From: Lingula anatina
Lineage: Eukaryota; Animalia; Brachiopoda
Length of the DNA stretch: 64,000 bases
Assembly: GCA_051362555.1 (NCBI GenBank)
Contig: CM120642.1
Location: forward strand, 5,394,001 to 5,458,000
Direction: 5' to 3'
The notes under the pieces are model-generated. The model ran no database searches. It was not told the origin of the DNA and saw only the letters and a list, made by a program, of their open reading frames with translations. How positions within the stretch are numbered: position 1 is the first letter of the stretch; every line of letters begins with the position of its first letter. Of this stretch, positions 24,550 through 38,500 are shown piece by piece. The position numbers were made by a program, and so were the translations under genes.

Positions 24550-27500
24550 GTCTTAGATGGTCGAATCAGTCTAAAAAGCCCACACAGTATGTATACAGGG
24601 ATGGTGATCACATGACTGACTATGAGTTCACATATAGTACTCTGGTAATGGAAGCAACATATCAGGCTTGCTACAAACTCTCTCACTGCTGCAAATTTGC
24701 AAGAACATGAGTACTTTCTTGCAAACTTACTTCACACTTTTATGCCAATAAGGGGCAAATTTGCAAGAATATAAAGACCCTGCAAACCTGGCACAAACTT
24801 GAAATATTCTTGCTGCAATGCAAATATTTCTTGCAAATTTCTTGCTGCAAACTTTTCGTTTTGACTGTGTTATAGTATATTAGGGGATAGAGATCCAAAT
24901 GGTACATGTAGTCAATGCCCTGCTACATGAAAAGTCAGTTAATACACTAAATTAATTTTTTTAGAATAGTCATAAAAATTTTTAACTCATGCATTTCTAG
25001 CAATCTACCAAGTCAACAATAAACATTACAGAAACATTAAAAGATTCATTTCGTATATGAAATAAAAAGTGAATAATACATCTTTAATATTAGTATTGAA
25101 AATTTAAGATGAATAATATCAGTAATTTGCCATCTCAAACACAGATTCATATTCTGAGTGATTCAAAGTGAATGGAAAATTCAGTTTGTGTGAATTTGGC
25201 CTACATGCACATCTTAAACATGGGGATATTCATAAGCAAGTCTTTTAGCTCATTTACGTTGTGATATGGGTGGATTTTACCTACAGTAGGAGAGACCGGC
25301 AAATGTTACAAAAAAAATATGTGCACCTGATAAATTGTGATTATATTTCTGACCATAAGGTCTGCCATTTTTTCGTTGTTAAGACCAGACTATTTCTACG
25401 TCTATGGCTGTTATAAAATTTACTTCATATTACGGACTCCATATGTCCTTGAAGAATTTTTTTTTGGAATCATTTCAAAAACGCAATATTTATCTGGAGA
25501 CCAAAATAGAAAAGTGTTTCCTGTCAAGTGATTAGAAAAAGATCAATCATTTCTCATGTTATTTAGACCTGATTCCCATGTGTAGACACCATCGGCCTAC
25601 GGAGATCGATCCAACTCTGCGGGGACTCTCTCTTAGTGCAATCAGCTTAACTGAATGGCACGCCTCCTCTTGTTTCAGACGTACTAGTATAAATACCAGC
25701 TTTTCTGTATTCCACTGAACACTAGGACTGGAGCTGTGTAATCTGTTTAATTAATTGCATTAATTGAGAATCCCCATGGCGTTGGATCGATGTACATAGA
25801 CCAGTGGTATCAAAGGGAATGGGGCCTAAGATTATGATATTAACACTTTTCTTTCTGGCACATGTTTTAATTGCAGGTTTTACTGATAAAATGTCTTTGA
25901 TGATCAAGAATAATTCTAAAAGGTACAAAATAAAAATTCTATTATTGGATGGGGATTTGGAATGGTATAATGCTATATTTGTTAAAAGAGGGTTCTCTTT
26001 TGCAATCAAGGAAAAAATGGTTTAGAAAGCAATAAAAGTGGCATTAGTATTCATGTAAGTCCTTTTTTCAACTTGTACAAACTTTTAATGTTAATCTACT
26101 TCAAATACAGTACATTTTTGGGGAGAGGACTTAGAAGATTTTATGGCACAAAATAATCATGACCATTTCTCTCCAATAACATGTAGTGAATACGTAATAG
26201 AAATATAATCCAAAATCTTGATGTGGTCATCCAGGTGGTAAAACTAGCACTTGCACCCTGAGAAACATAAGGAATGTCACCATTGAAGGAGATGCCACAA
26301 CTCTACACCTCTCTTTTGCTGATCGAGTCATGCTAAATCCCAGTGTTTGTTTATTGCCAAACATAAAAGTAGCAATAGAAGCTGTAATAGATATGTTACT
26401 GATCCCGCACAATGTACTTGCCAACTCTTGGGGGAGATGTTTTTTCAATTACATTTTCCAGCGCCATGGAAAACATTGAATAGGCAGCAAAATGCAATAA
26501 CTTCTGGGCACATAACAGTAGTCTGATAGCTGTAATTGAAGGTTAGAATGTCACGTCTCTGGTGGGAATCATCACTCGTAACAGTTGATTGTTTCTCTTT
26601 ATTTAAGTGCTGCTGGTTGTTTGCCCAAGTTGGAGATATTTTATGTAATCTTATATATCTTACATCTCATACAGCTGAGATCTGTCATAATTCAAACCTC
26701 TGTGTATACATATAATGAACTGAAAATGTAGAAGCTGACAGGTGTCAGGTTTGAAGCTTTATATTAGGCATTTGTACACACACACAGAAATGATCATATT
26801 TCTCTCCAATCATACATGTATATAGCTGTTTCTGTTTTACTACTGGTAGTATCTCAAAATCAGCCATCAGTGTATATATCAGCCATCAGTGTACTACAGT
26901 GTATCTCAAAATCAGCCATCTGAACTTTTTTCCTGTAAAATCCCAATAGGACCCGTTTTTGGAGGCTTAATAGTTTGATGTCAGATGTTGAATGATTAAA
27001 AAATTAAAGAAACTCATCAAGTGTAAGGTGTCATACAAAGTAAAGGGCTGACATGCAAATGTGTATGTGCATGGATGCATGGGCATGGAGAATGTACCAC
27101 ACTGATTAACTCTATTCACTAATTCAATATTGAGTATTTTAAAATTTATTTTCCAATTAAGGCATTACATTGTAATATTTAAGTTCATATGCCTATGTTC
27201 TAACATGATGGACTCAAGCTAACTACCATCTCTGTAAGCTTTTGCTTGAAGAATTTCAAATAAAAAACATAATACATATAACACTGATCATGATGCGGAA
27301 CTGTATACCTTTATAAATTAATTGATCAGATACTTGTACATATAATTTGATTTAAAATTCTTTGGGGCATTACCAATATACCTGTAGTTAAGTTCCTGTA
27401 CTAACCTCTGATCCCAGAATCTATTTGCCGAGAAAATTCGGATGAAACATGTAAAAAGCCAATTAAATGCAGATCATAGTTTGTCTATTTACCTAATGAA

Positions 27501-29177
27501 TGACCAAATGGATGTATTGATATTGATTAACTAAGCTAGATGATTTCAGTGGGGATTTGTAAAATGCTAAAGATGACAGAATTAATTTGACTGGGGAGAG
27601 ATTTCACAGATTTGTTATGATCAATCGGATCCAAGATCAAGTTTAGCCAGCTATAGTATAGTACTATACAAGCACCCGTATGTTAACACTGCAGCTTCAC
27701 TAAATGCCAGCAATATTGAATGTGGACCAGCGAAATTTTGTAAATCATGCAGTTCCTAGCTGGTCACTCTCTTCTCCTGAGTTTGTAGATTTTAAGACCT
27801 TGGACCTCCTGAAGGTCAAGTAGCCTAAAAGTTTTTGACACAGACTGTATCCTTGGTACAATGTACCTTTAATATATGACATTGTCAGCAGAACTTGGTG
27901 GGAGAGATTTGATAGGTAATTACAAATGAAAGTGTTGTATTTTCTTGTGTTGTTATTTACTTAAATTAGAATTTCAAAAAAATGTACTATTGGATTGAAA
28001 CTGGAGAGATTGAATTAGATATGTTCATTTTTTTATGTTGGGCTTCTTGGTTTGCAGCACAGTTTTGGGGAAATTGCCAAGATCATTGTATAATATATAC
28101 ATGTGGCTTATATATGGCTTTGGCTGCTCAGTCCAAAAAGTGAATCGTGTTTGAGAACATTATATCTTTATATAACTGAAAGTTTGAAAAAACGACACAC
28201 CCATCAATAGCAATAGTCGTTTTATTCTGTGCTGCTTCCCAGTAATCATTCCATAAGTATTGTATAGATTTGTATAATTTGTTGCTAAGATTGTTATGAC
28301 TAGTGTAGAGAGCCTGTAAAATGTAATATGTATGCATTTTAGTGCTCAATAAAGATTATTATTATTATATATGGTAATAAGTAATACCCTTAGGCTACTT
28401 CGATGATGTCCAGAAAGTATTATTCTGTATTTCATCACTTTATTGTCAATGAGGCTTAGTCAGTTAGTGTTGATCAGGTATTTTATTTTTTTCTAATTTA
28501 TAGTGTCAAGGTTTCCAGTTTATACCAATATGCCACCTATTGTTAAAATGTTATCTTTCATTTTAATTTTTTTCAGCTTATATTATTTTGATGGGCTGCA
28601 GAACTAGCCAGTTATATAGATAAAACAGAGAGTGAACTGAGGCAAGGCAGTTGGATGCATGGAGATAGAAGCACATGGCTTGGGTAGTACTATGTTAACT
28701 TAACTGATCAAGCAAACAGTTTCAAAATCAAATTCATTTTTATACTTTGATGCATAGAGGATTTTTATGTACAGGTTTAAATGATGTGAAATTTAAAAGA
28801 TATGAAAACTATTTTGGAATAGCATGTGGTAAAAACAGTGAATTACAATAATTACCCCCTGTATGTCCATGTATTAGACTATTTAACACTTTTACTTGAA
28901 ACAAGAAGAATATTGTGTTCGAAACTGTTATTTCAAGGATTCACTTTGGAAACCATTCAATAGAGGCAGTATGTGATAATTAGGCTTTAACGATCTAATA
29001 TGACAATTGGAAGTACATGCACTGTGCCTACATTGGCTAATTGTTCACTGAATTTTTCAAGAAAATAATTATCACATGATGGTCTTACTCACTGATGGTG
29101 GTCCTTTTTCTTCTCACAGGCCTCACTGGAGGGATCTATAAAGGCTGCTGCAAAACAAGTTATTAAATCACTTCAGG

Positions 29178-29553
29178 ATGGCAGTGCCCAGTTACATGAT
29201 AGCTGTCTATGTGCTCATTCCACTTGTAGTCATCCTGCTTTTGATCTTAGTTTTTTATTTGCTCTGCTCAAAACGTTATAAACTGAACTGGTTTGAGCGC
29301 AGTATATTGGAAGAAGATGGATCGAGTAAGGAAATTTTATGTCAGAAAGAGAATGATTTTGGAACTATCCAAAAAACTTCATCATTTTCATCTGCCTCTG
29401 CATCGTCATCGACCAGACGGCCAAGTGCGCTGCTCCCACCTATCTCCCCCTTGCCAACTGAAAGGGATGAAGACTTCTACATTCCAAATCCTGACCGAAT
29501 CCGTGCATACAGTTTTGCAGCTCCTCCTCGTAGTCTAAGAAAAACTGAGGAAG
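29178..29553 (+). CDS. Synaptotagmin coding exon 1 (TM helix and juxtamembrane region); exon begins at 29120 in the 5' UTR
   Basis: MAVPSYMIAVYVLIPLVVILLLILVFYLLCSKRYKLNWFE...; acceptor ttttcttctcacag ends at 29119; donor aag|gtaatt. Confidence 0.9.
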
Positions 29554-32500
29554 GTAATTTTTGCATTTTTTTTCTGGCACTTATAGTTGTGCAGCTGATT
29601 ACCATGCTGACAATTAAATTTCTTATTTAACCAGTTGTTGTAATTACTTGTGCAACTAAGGATGTTTTTCCCTTTGCTGTTATGTTATTGTTAGAAAGCT
29701 GAACTCAAAAAGTTACGAATTTCGATAAAATTTCAGGATAGATCAGAAATGGGCTAGCTTAGAATCAGCTAGATCTTGGTGGATACATGCATATCTTAAT
29801 ACATTTGTAGGTACATGTTAGAAGAAATGATATTAATATACTACACAGACAACCAGAGAATTTGGTTCATAAAGTTCTTAAGTGAGAGAAGTTCTGAAGA
29901 TGGACCACACCTCTTTGAACCTGTTGTCTTACCTATAATTATCTTACCATATACACATGACAGTTAATTTCTACTTCAGGTTCCCCCTTACCGTCCCCAG
30001 ACAGGAAGGCTTCTGCTGTTTCGATTGGTGGAACAGGCCTGCAGGAGATCACGTTCAATTTCCAAACGGAGGACATCATGCGCTCTGTGTCCACTGTTCA
30101 GGTGCCGAGTCAGAGGCAAGGCAGACGGGCCTCGATGCAGGACAGGATAGATCTTTCAAAACTGGATCGTTCTCTGTATGACAAAAGGGTAGGTTATGAT
30201 ATATTTCTCACGATACCTCAACCATATAAATTTTGAATGGTTGTCCATTTGCATTGGGGAAGGTTGGGGGTATTGCAATCAAATTATTGGCTTTCATACA
30301 GGTTTCAGTTGAGTCTTTGCTAGTAGTTAATTAGTTAAAAAGTATGAGAACAGGATAGACTAGAAATATTACACTGTACTTGTTGAAATAAACTTTCTAA
30401 AAATGCAATTTTAACAAATTTGAACTCGTAAAGAAGTATTTAAGTAATTCTTCATTATGGCAAACTTTTGTGTTAGTTATGTCATAAATTCATCTCTTTA
30501 ATTAGCAAAATTTACGAAAAATGCAGTCCACTGCCAGTGAAGACAGCCTCGGCTCCATAAATTTCTCCCTAGACTATAACAGGGACATGGGTCTTCTATG
30601 CATCCGTCTCATTCAAGCAATAGATCTTCAGTCACGCACGGCTAGCAATGGTGTCAACCCGTACTGTAAGATGCATATTCTTCCTAAGAAACAGCATCAG
30701 GTGAAAACAAAGACACACGAGAAGACCACACACCCAGAATTTGAAGAGGAGTTTGTCTTTGAGGTCCCCGAAGATGAGAAGGATTCTGCAACCTTAGAGA
30801 TTCTTGTGTATGATTATGATGTGTATTCTCAAGATGAGTGTATTGGTTGTGTTCATTTTCCACTCAGAGATTTGGATTTGAAGATGACGGAGAAAGTTGT
30901 CCTGTGGAAGGGGATTGTACCCTGTGAGAAGAAGGAGAAAGGGGTAAGTTAAAAACTTTTAAAGATGATACTTGCTTAATATTCCCTTTTTCTCTTTTTA
31001 AGAAAATGTTAAAAGGTTAAATTAGTTTGAATGAGTGGGGTTATTAGAAAGTGTCTCATTCTATGCCTGCAAACACAAAAACGGACATTTGCACGCAAGC
31101 ACCCTCACCGTGCATTTTAGTTATTATTAAGAGTTTATTATGGATCTATGGCAGAATATATCTATTAATAATAAACACCATTATCTTAAAGATTTGAAAT
31201 ATTATTCATGAACATTCATTCTGCTTGATTGATGCACATGTAGCACGTACATAATACACGTATTATATACCTGCATATGTACTGTATATTGCTGTATTTT
31301 GTGTCAGTCTTATATACTGTAGTACTGTGAGCTATTGGTACCAGCCACCCCTAGTTTCAGATGCTTCTGGAAACTCACTACCATTATAAACATGGCTCTG
31401 CCATTTTCAGTATTGTGCTGTGGCCTCTGAATCTCAGGGTGGATGAGACTTGATGTACCTCAGAGAAGCTATAATTACGTATCCCTTACGAAAATTTCCT
31501 ATAGGATTTCCTATAGGATTTCCTATAAGATTTCCTATAGGATCCTATAAGATTTCCTATAGGATATCCTATAGGATCCTATAGGAATTTCTATAGGATC
31601 CTATAGGAAATTGTCCCTTTTTCCTATAGGATCCTATAGGAAATCTTATAGGATCCTATAGGAAATCCTATAGGATCCTATAGGAAATCTTATAGGATCC
31701 TATAGGAAATCCTATAGGATCCTATAGGAAATCTTATAGGATCCTATAGGAAATCTTATAGGAAATCCTATAGGATCCTATAGGAAATCTTATAGGAACC
31801 TATAGAAATTCATATTAACTGCTTTGAATATTTTTACAGCTTTTTATATATTGTTGGATCTTTGGCAAAATTGGTAATAGGCACTGGTCCCTCAAAACAA
31901 AAGAGAATATCATGTTTACATTCTTTATTCAATATGTATAAATGTATGTACATATTCCACAGTATGGTATGCAACCAGCTTACTAGAGAACTGTTTTATA
32001 GATTTTTGCAAATTTAATGGTGTTGCTACTGCTTTTTAATTATAAGTTCTATAAGTTATCACAAGTATCCAATATGTCTTGTCAAGCTGTGGCGTCACTG
32101 TCTGTTTCTTGTGTGAGTTTGAACTCCTGCCAGAATGAGTGGCTAAAACCTCCCTTGGCCAGACCATGTCCATTGTCAGCATACTGCTTTAGTCACTTAA
32201 TAATTGAAGAATTTCAGACAAAAGTCTTTTGCACATTGTTCAACTTTACTGTGATAAGTCTTTTGCACATTGTTCAACTTTACTGTGATGGCCTTCTTAA
32301 CCTCTGCCTGAGTTGCGTTGAACCATTTGCAGATGTATTCTGAAAGATAGACATTGTGAATTTCAATTAATTGTACATATCTACAAAAATGCAAAATGAT
32401 GAAGGAAAAATTTTCTAATGAGATCAATAATAATCATTGCACCAATTCTATTTTGAGCAATTCATAGCCTTTATTAGTTTACTGAATTTTTTTCAAAGAC

Positions 32501-35500
32501 AAGGTATTAAAGCTGGATAATTTGTAAAAAAAAAAATATATATATATATATATAAAGAACATGAACATATTTCATAGGACCAAGTCCACAGGAACAATCA
32601 GAAATGCATTTTAAAATGCAGAAATTTGCATTGGAGAAAACTCTACTCTGGTTAAATATGCAATTGGGCCATTACAGAGCTGCCAGGGCCAAAAAAGTCC
32701 CAAAAACTATAAGAAAACTCATTTCCGAGGGTAAACAGTAATTCCCTATTCTCACCAGTCTTTGCTTGACCTAAATCATCAGTCCAAACCACAAAAAAGC
32801 AATCCCCAAGTTAAAATTTATAGCTTTTGTGTAAGCAAAATGGTCAGATTTTCACAATGCACATTTCATTTCCGTTATGTATAGGTTAGCAAAAAATATT
32901 TTTAAACAAACTATGGTGTTTACCTCACATTAAGGGTTGAAAAGAAATTAAAGGGAAAGAAAACTTGGCAAATAAACGATCCTGAAGAACGTGTGAGGTA
33001 ATGAAATTTGCCCTGACAGCCCCTCTAACATGTTAATTGTATGTTATTTATTAGCATGGGTCTTCCTCAGTTATATATCATGATGGTCCCTTGGAGGCAG
33101 TTGTGGATAACATTAAATAGATAATTTTTAATAAATCACAAACCAAAAGTTAAATGAAATGTCATTTTTTTTAGATTCAACTGCATTTAAAGAAATATGA
33201 ACAATTGATCACAGTTTTTATCCTATAAAAAATAAAGAGACTAAACAATGATTGCATTATGTATCCTTTTTTCTTCATTATAATATATAACTTGTTTAAT
33301 GTAATATATATATTTATAATGTTTACAAGGTACACTACAAATTAGATCAATTAATTATCTCATTTTCAATTTGATTAGATGATCCAATGCATTACTGTAA
33401 TACATACCTTCCTCAATCCGATTTTTCTACACTCTGTACCCTTCCACTATGCTCCTGAATTTAAACTGTCTTGATAGCTGTATACTCATTTGCTGCTTGT
33501 CTCAAAGCAAACAAAGACTTAGACAGGATACCACACATCTGATAACACCTAATAGGCGGTTACTGTTACTAGTGTAACAATAGCTACAGGAGTAGTGACC
33601 TAATAATAGGTGCCAGGCTAACAAAAGAAATTCACAGTTGTTGAATATGTGGTTATGGCTGGTGGAGTAGGGCATTCTCTAGCTAACATCAGTTGACTGT
33701 TAAACCTTACAAATGATTGAGCATGGTTTATAATGTATCTTTATATTATTTTAATTTGTCCCCATTTCCCATCCTTTATGAGGGACATTACTATACCCAT
33801 AATGTTCACTTATACTTTTACATTATATTTTATATATTAGGCAGGATTGCATTTTCACTTTTTAAAACAGCCAAGGTCAAGTAAAATCCGATTAGATAAG
33901 GTTGACGTTCAATATAATAGAAAAAATATGAAGTAAGTGAATATGATCACACAAAAAGTAAAAATACATTATATACTGATATTATGACCAGTTTCATTAT
34001 TTTTCATTCAACCCGGCTTTATAAAAAATCACTATATGAATTAGCATGGGTTCCTATAGAAATTCATATAAGATTTCGTATAGGATCCTATAGGAATTTT
34101 TGTAATGTTCTGAAAATATATTTAAAATTATATACTGATATTTAGACCAGTTTCATTATTTATCATATAACCTGGCCTTATAAAAATTTCCTATATGAAT
34201 TAGCATAGGATTTCCTATATGTTCCTATAGAAATTCCTATTAGATTTCCTATAGGATCCTACAGGAATTTTTGTAATGGTATGAACATAAATAAAAAATA
34301 AAAATTATATACTAATATTTAGACTAGATTCATTATTTTAATTCAAGCCGCCCTTATAAAAATTCCCTGTATGAATTAGCATAGGATTTCCTATAGGTTC
34401 CTATAGAAATTCCTATAAAATTTCCTATAGGATTCTATAGGAATTTTTGTAATGTTCTGAACATATATTAAAAATCAAAATCATATACTGATATTTAAAC
34501 CAGATTCATTATTTTTCATTCAACCCGCCCTTATAAAAATTCCTTATATGAATTAGCATAGGATTTCCTATAGGTTCCTATAGAAATTCCTATAAAATTT
34601 CCTATAGGATTCTATAGGAATTTTTGTAATTCCCTTACGAAAATTTCCTATAGGATCCTATAGGATTCCTATAGGATCCTATAGGATCCTATAGGAAATC
34701 TTATAGGATCCTATAGGGCACCTTTCCTATAGGATTTCCTATAGGATCCTATAGGAAATTGTTGGAAGTTAAAATCTTGAGAAAAATGCATAACTTATAA
34801 ACAAATATCATTCTAAACAATAGATATTTGATATAAGTCAATCTTATCAGTTTAATTGTCAATTATATATCACTATTAAAGCAAAAATGCTTTTTATTGT
34901 TTGTAATGCACAATCTTATAGTCTTCTATAGGATTCTATAGAAAAATTCTATAATTTATATTTTAAAGAAATCTTGAAAAATTGATCATTTGTAAAGTAA
35001 TCTTCTATGGAGAAGTATTTTATCATTAGGAATGATTTTGTACCAAATCACTGAAGCTGAAATTATTTTTTAAATTTATGTTCAGACCATTACAAAAATT
35101 CCTATAGGAAATCTTATAGGATCCTATAGGAAATCTTATAGGATCCTATAGGATTTCCTATAGGATTTCCTATAGGATCCTATAGGAAATCTTATAGGAT
35201 CCTATAGGAAATCTTATAGGAACCTATAGAAATTCATATTAACTGCTTTGAATATTTTTACAGCTTTTTATATATTGTTGGATCTTTGGCAAAATTGGTA
35301 ATAAGCACTGGCCCCTCAAAACAAAAGATAATATCATGTTTACATTCTTTATTCAATATGTATAAATGTGTATGTATAAGGAATTTTTATAAGGCCAGGT
35401 TGAATGAAAAATAATGAATCTGGTTTAAATATCAGTATATGATTTTGATTTTTAATTTATGTTCAGACCATTACAAAAATTCCTGTAGGATCCTATAGGA

Positions 35501-38500
35501 AATCTTATAGGAATTTTTATAGGAACCTATAGGAAATCCTATGCTAATTCATACAGGGAATTTTTATAAGGCCGGGTTGAATAAAAATAATGAGTCTAAT
35601 CTAAATATCATTATATAATTTTAATTTTTAATTTATGTTCAGACCATTCTAAAATTCCTATAGGATCCTATAGGAAATCTTATAGGAATTTCTATAGGAA
35701 ATCCTATGCTAATTCATCCAGTGATTTTTTATAAAGCCGGGTTAAATGAAAAATAATGAAACTGGTCTTATTATCAGTATATAATGTATTTTTACTTTTT
35801 GTGTGATCATAATATTCACTTACTTCATATTTCTTCTATTATATTGAAAGTCAACCTTATCTAATCAGATTTTACCTAACCTTGGCTGTGTTAAAAAGTG
35901 AAAGTGCAATTCTGCCTAATATATAAAATATAATGTAAAAGCATAAGTGCGAACAGCATGGGTATAGTACTGTCCCTCATAAAGGATGGGAAACGAGGAT
36001 AAATTAATATGTTTATAAAGACAAATTTTATTATAAACCATGCTCAATCACTTGTAAGGTTTAACAGTCAACTGATGTTAGCTAGAGAATGCCCTACTCC
36101 ACCAGCCATAACCACAGATTCAACAACTGTGAATTTCTTTTGTTAGCCTGGCACCTATTATTAGGTCACTACTCCTGTAGCTATTGTTACACTAGTAACA
36201 GTAACCGCCTATTAGATATTATCAGATGTGTGGTATCCTGTCTAAGTCTTTGTTTATATGAGACTAGCACCAAATGAGTATACAGCTATCAAGACAGTTT
36301 AAATTCAAGAGCATAGGGGAAGGGTACAGAGTGTAGAAGAATCTGATCGAGGAAGGTATGTATTACAGTAATGCATTGGATCATTTGGGCATCTAATCAA
36401 ATTGAAAATGAGATAATTATTTGATCTAATTTGTAGTTTACCTTGTAAACAACATATCTATATTACATTGAACAAGTTATAATTTATAATGAAGAAACAA
36501 GGATACATAATGCAATCATTGTTTAGTCTCTTTTTTTCTTATAAGACTGTGATCAATTGCTCATATTTCTTTAAATGCAGTTGAATCTAAAAAAACTTTA
36601 CATTCATTTAACTTTTGATTTGTGATTTATTAAAAATTATCTATTTAATGTTATCCACAACTGCCTCCAAGGGACCATCATGATATATAACTGAGGAAGA
36701 CCCATGCTAATAAATAACATACAATTAACATGTTAGAGGGGCTGTCAGGGCAAATTTCATTACCTCACACATTCTTCAGGATCGTTTATTTGCCAAGTTT
36801 TCTTTCCCTTTAATTTCTTTTCAACCCTTAATGTAAGGTAAACACCATAGTTTGTTTCAAAATATTTTTTGCTAACCTATACATAATGGAAATGAAATGT
36901 GCATTGTGATAATCTGGCCATTTTGCTTACATAAAAGCTGTAAAATTTAATTTGGGGGTTGCTTTTTTTTTTGTGGTTTGGACTGATGATTTAGGTCAAG
37001 CAAAGACTGGTGAGAATAGGGAATTACCGTTTACCCTTGGAAATGAATTTTCTATGAGTTTTTGGGACTTTTTTGGCCCTGGCAGCTTTGTAATGGCCCA
37101 ATTGCATATTTAACCAGAGTAGAGTTTTCTCCTCTGTGGATTTCTGCATTTTAAAATTCGTTTCTGATTGTTCCTGTGGACTTGGTCCTATAAAATATGT
37201 TCATGTTCTTTATATTTTTTTTTTTACAAATTGTCCAGCTTTAATACCTTGTCTTTGAAAAAAATTCAGTTAACTAATAAAGGCTATGAATTGCTCAAAA
37301 TAGAATTGGTGCAATGATTATTATTGTTTTCAGAAATTTTTTCCTTCATCATTTTGCATTTTTGTAGACATGTACAATTAATTGAAATTCACAATGTCTT
37401 TCTTTCAGAATACATCTGCAAATGGTTCAACGCAACTCAGACGGAGGTTAAGAAGGTTATCACAGTAAAATTGAACAATGTGCAAAAGACTTTTGTCTGA
37501 AATTCTTCAATTATTAAGTGACTGAAGCAGTATGCTGACAATGGACACGGTCTGGCCAAGGGAGGTTTTAGCCACTTATTCTGGCAGGAGTTCGAACTCA
37601 CACAAGAAAAAGACAGTGACGCCACAGCTTGACAAGACATATTGGATACTTGTGATAACTTTTAGAACTTATAATTAAAAAGCAGTAGCAACACCATTAA
37701 CTTTGCAAAAATCTATGAAACAATTCTCTAGTAATCTGGATGCATACCATACTGTGGAATATGTACATACATTTATACATATTGAATAAAGAATGTAAAC
37801 ATGATATTCTCTTATGTTTTGAGGGACCAGTGCCTATTACCAATTTTGCCAAAGATCCAACAATATATAAAAAGCTGTAAAAATATTCAAAGCAGTTAAT
37901 ATGAATTTCTATAGGTTCCTATAAGATTTCCTATAGGATCCTATAGGATTTTCTATAGGATCCTATAAGATTTCCTATAGGATCCTATAAGATTTCCTAT
38001 AGGATCCTATAAGATTTCCTATAGGATCCTATAAGATTTCCTATAGGATCCTATAAGATTTCCTATAGGATCCTATAGGATTTCCTATAGGATCCTATAA
38101 GATTTCCTATAGGATCCTATAAGATTTCCTATAGGATCCTATAAGATTTCCTATAGGATCCTATAAGATTTCCTATAGGATCCTATAGGAAATCCTATAG
38201 GATCCTATAGGAAAAAGGGACAATTTCCTATAGGATCCTATAGGAATTCCTATAGGATCCTATAGGAAATCCTATAGGAAATCTTATAGGATCCTATAGG
38301 AAATCTTATAGGAAATCCTATAGGAAATCCTATAGGAAATTTTTGTAAGGGATGGTCTGAACATAAATTAAAAATTAAAATTACATACTGATATTTAGAC
38401 CAGATTCATTTTTTTTTCATTCAACCCGGCCTTATAAAAATTTCCTATATGAATAAGCATAGGATTTCCTATAGGTTCCTATAAGATTTCCTATAGGATC

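Noticed and set aside
26224-26480. Stop-free stretches of 70-85 codons on both strands
   Set aside because: No splice context or motif; length is within chance expectation.
29957-30181. ORF-track 74-aa ORF MTVNFYFRF...
   Set aside because: Wrong frame; the true exon 29980-30188 is read in another frame fixed by the splice phases.
32017-32343. ORF MSCQAVASLS... present in both element copies (also 37437-37640)
   Set aside because: Antisense to the exon-like remnant, conserved only because the DNA is duplicated, and frameshifted between copies.
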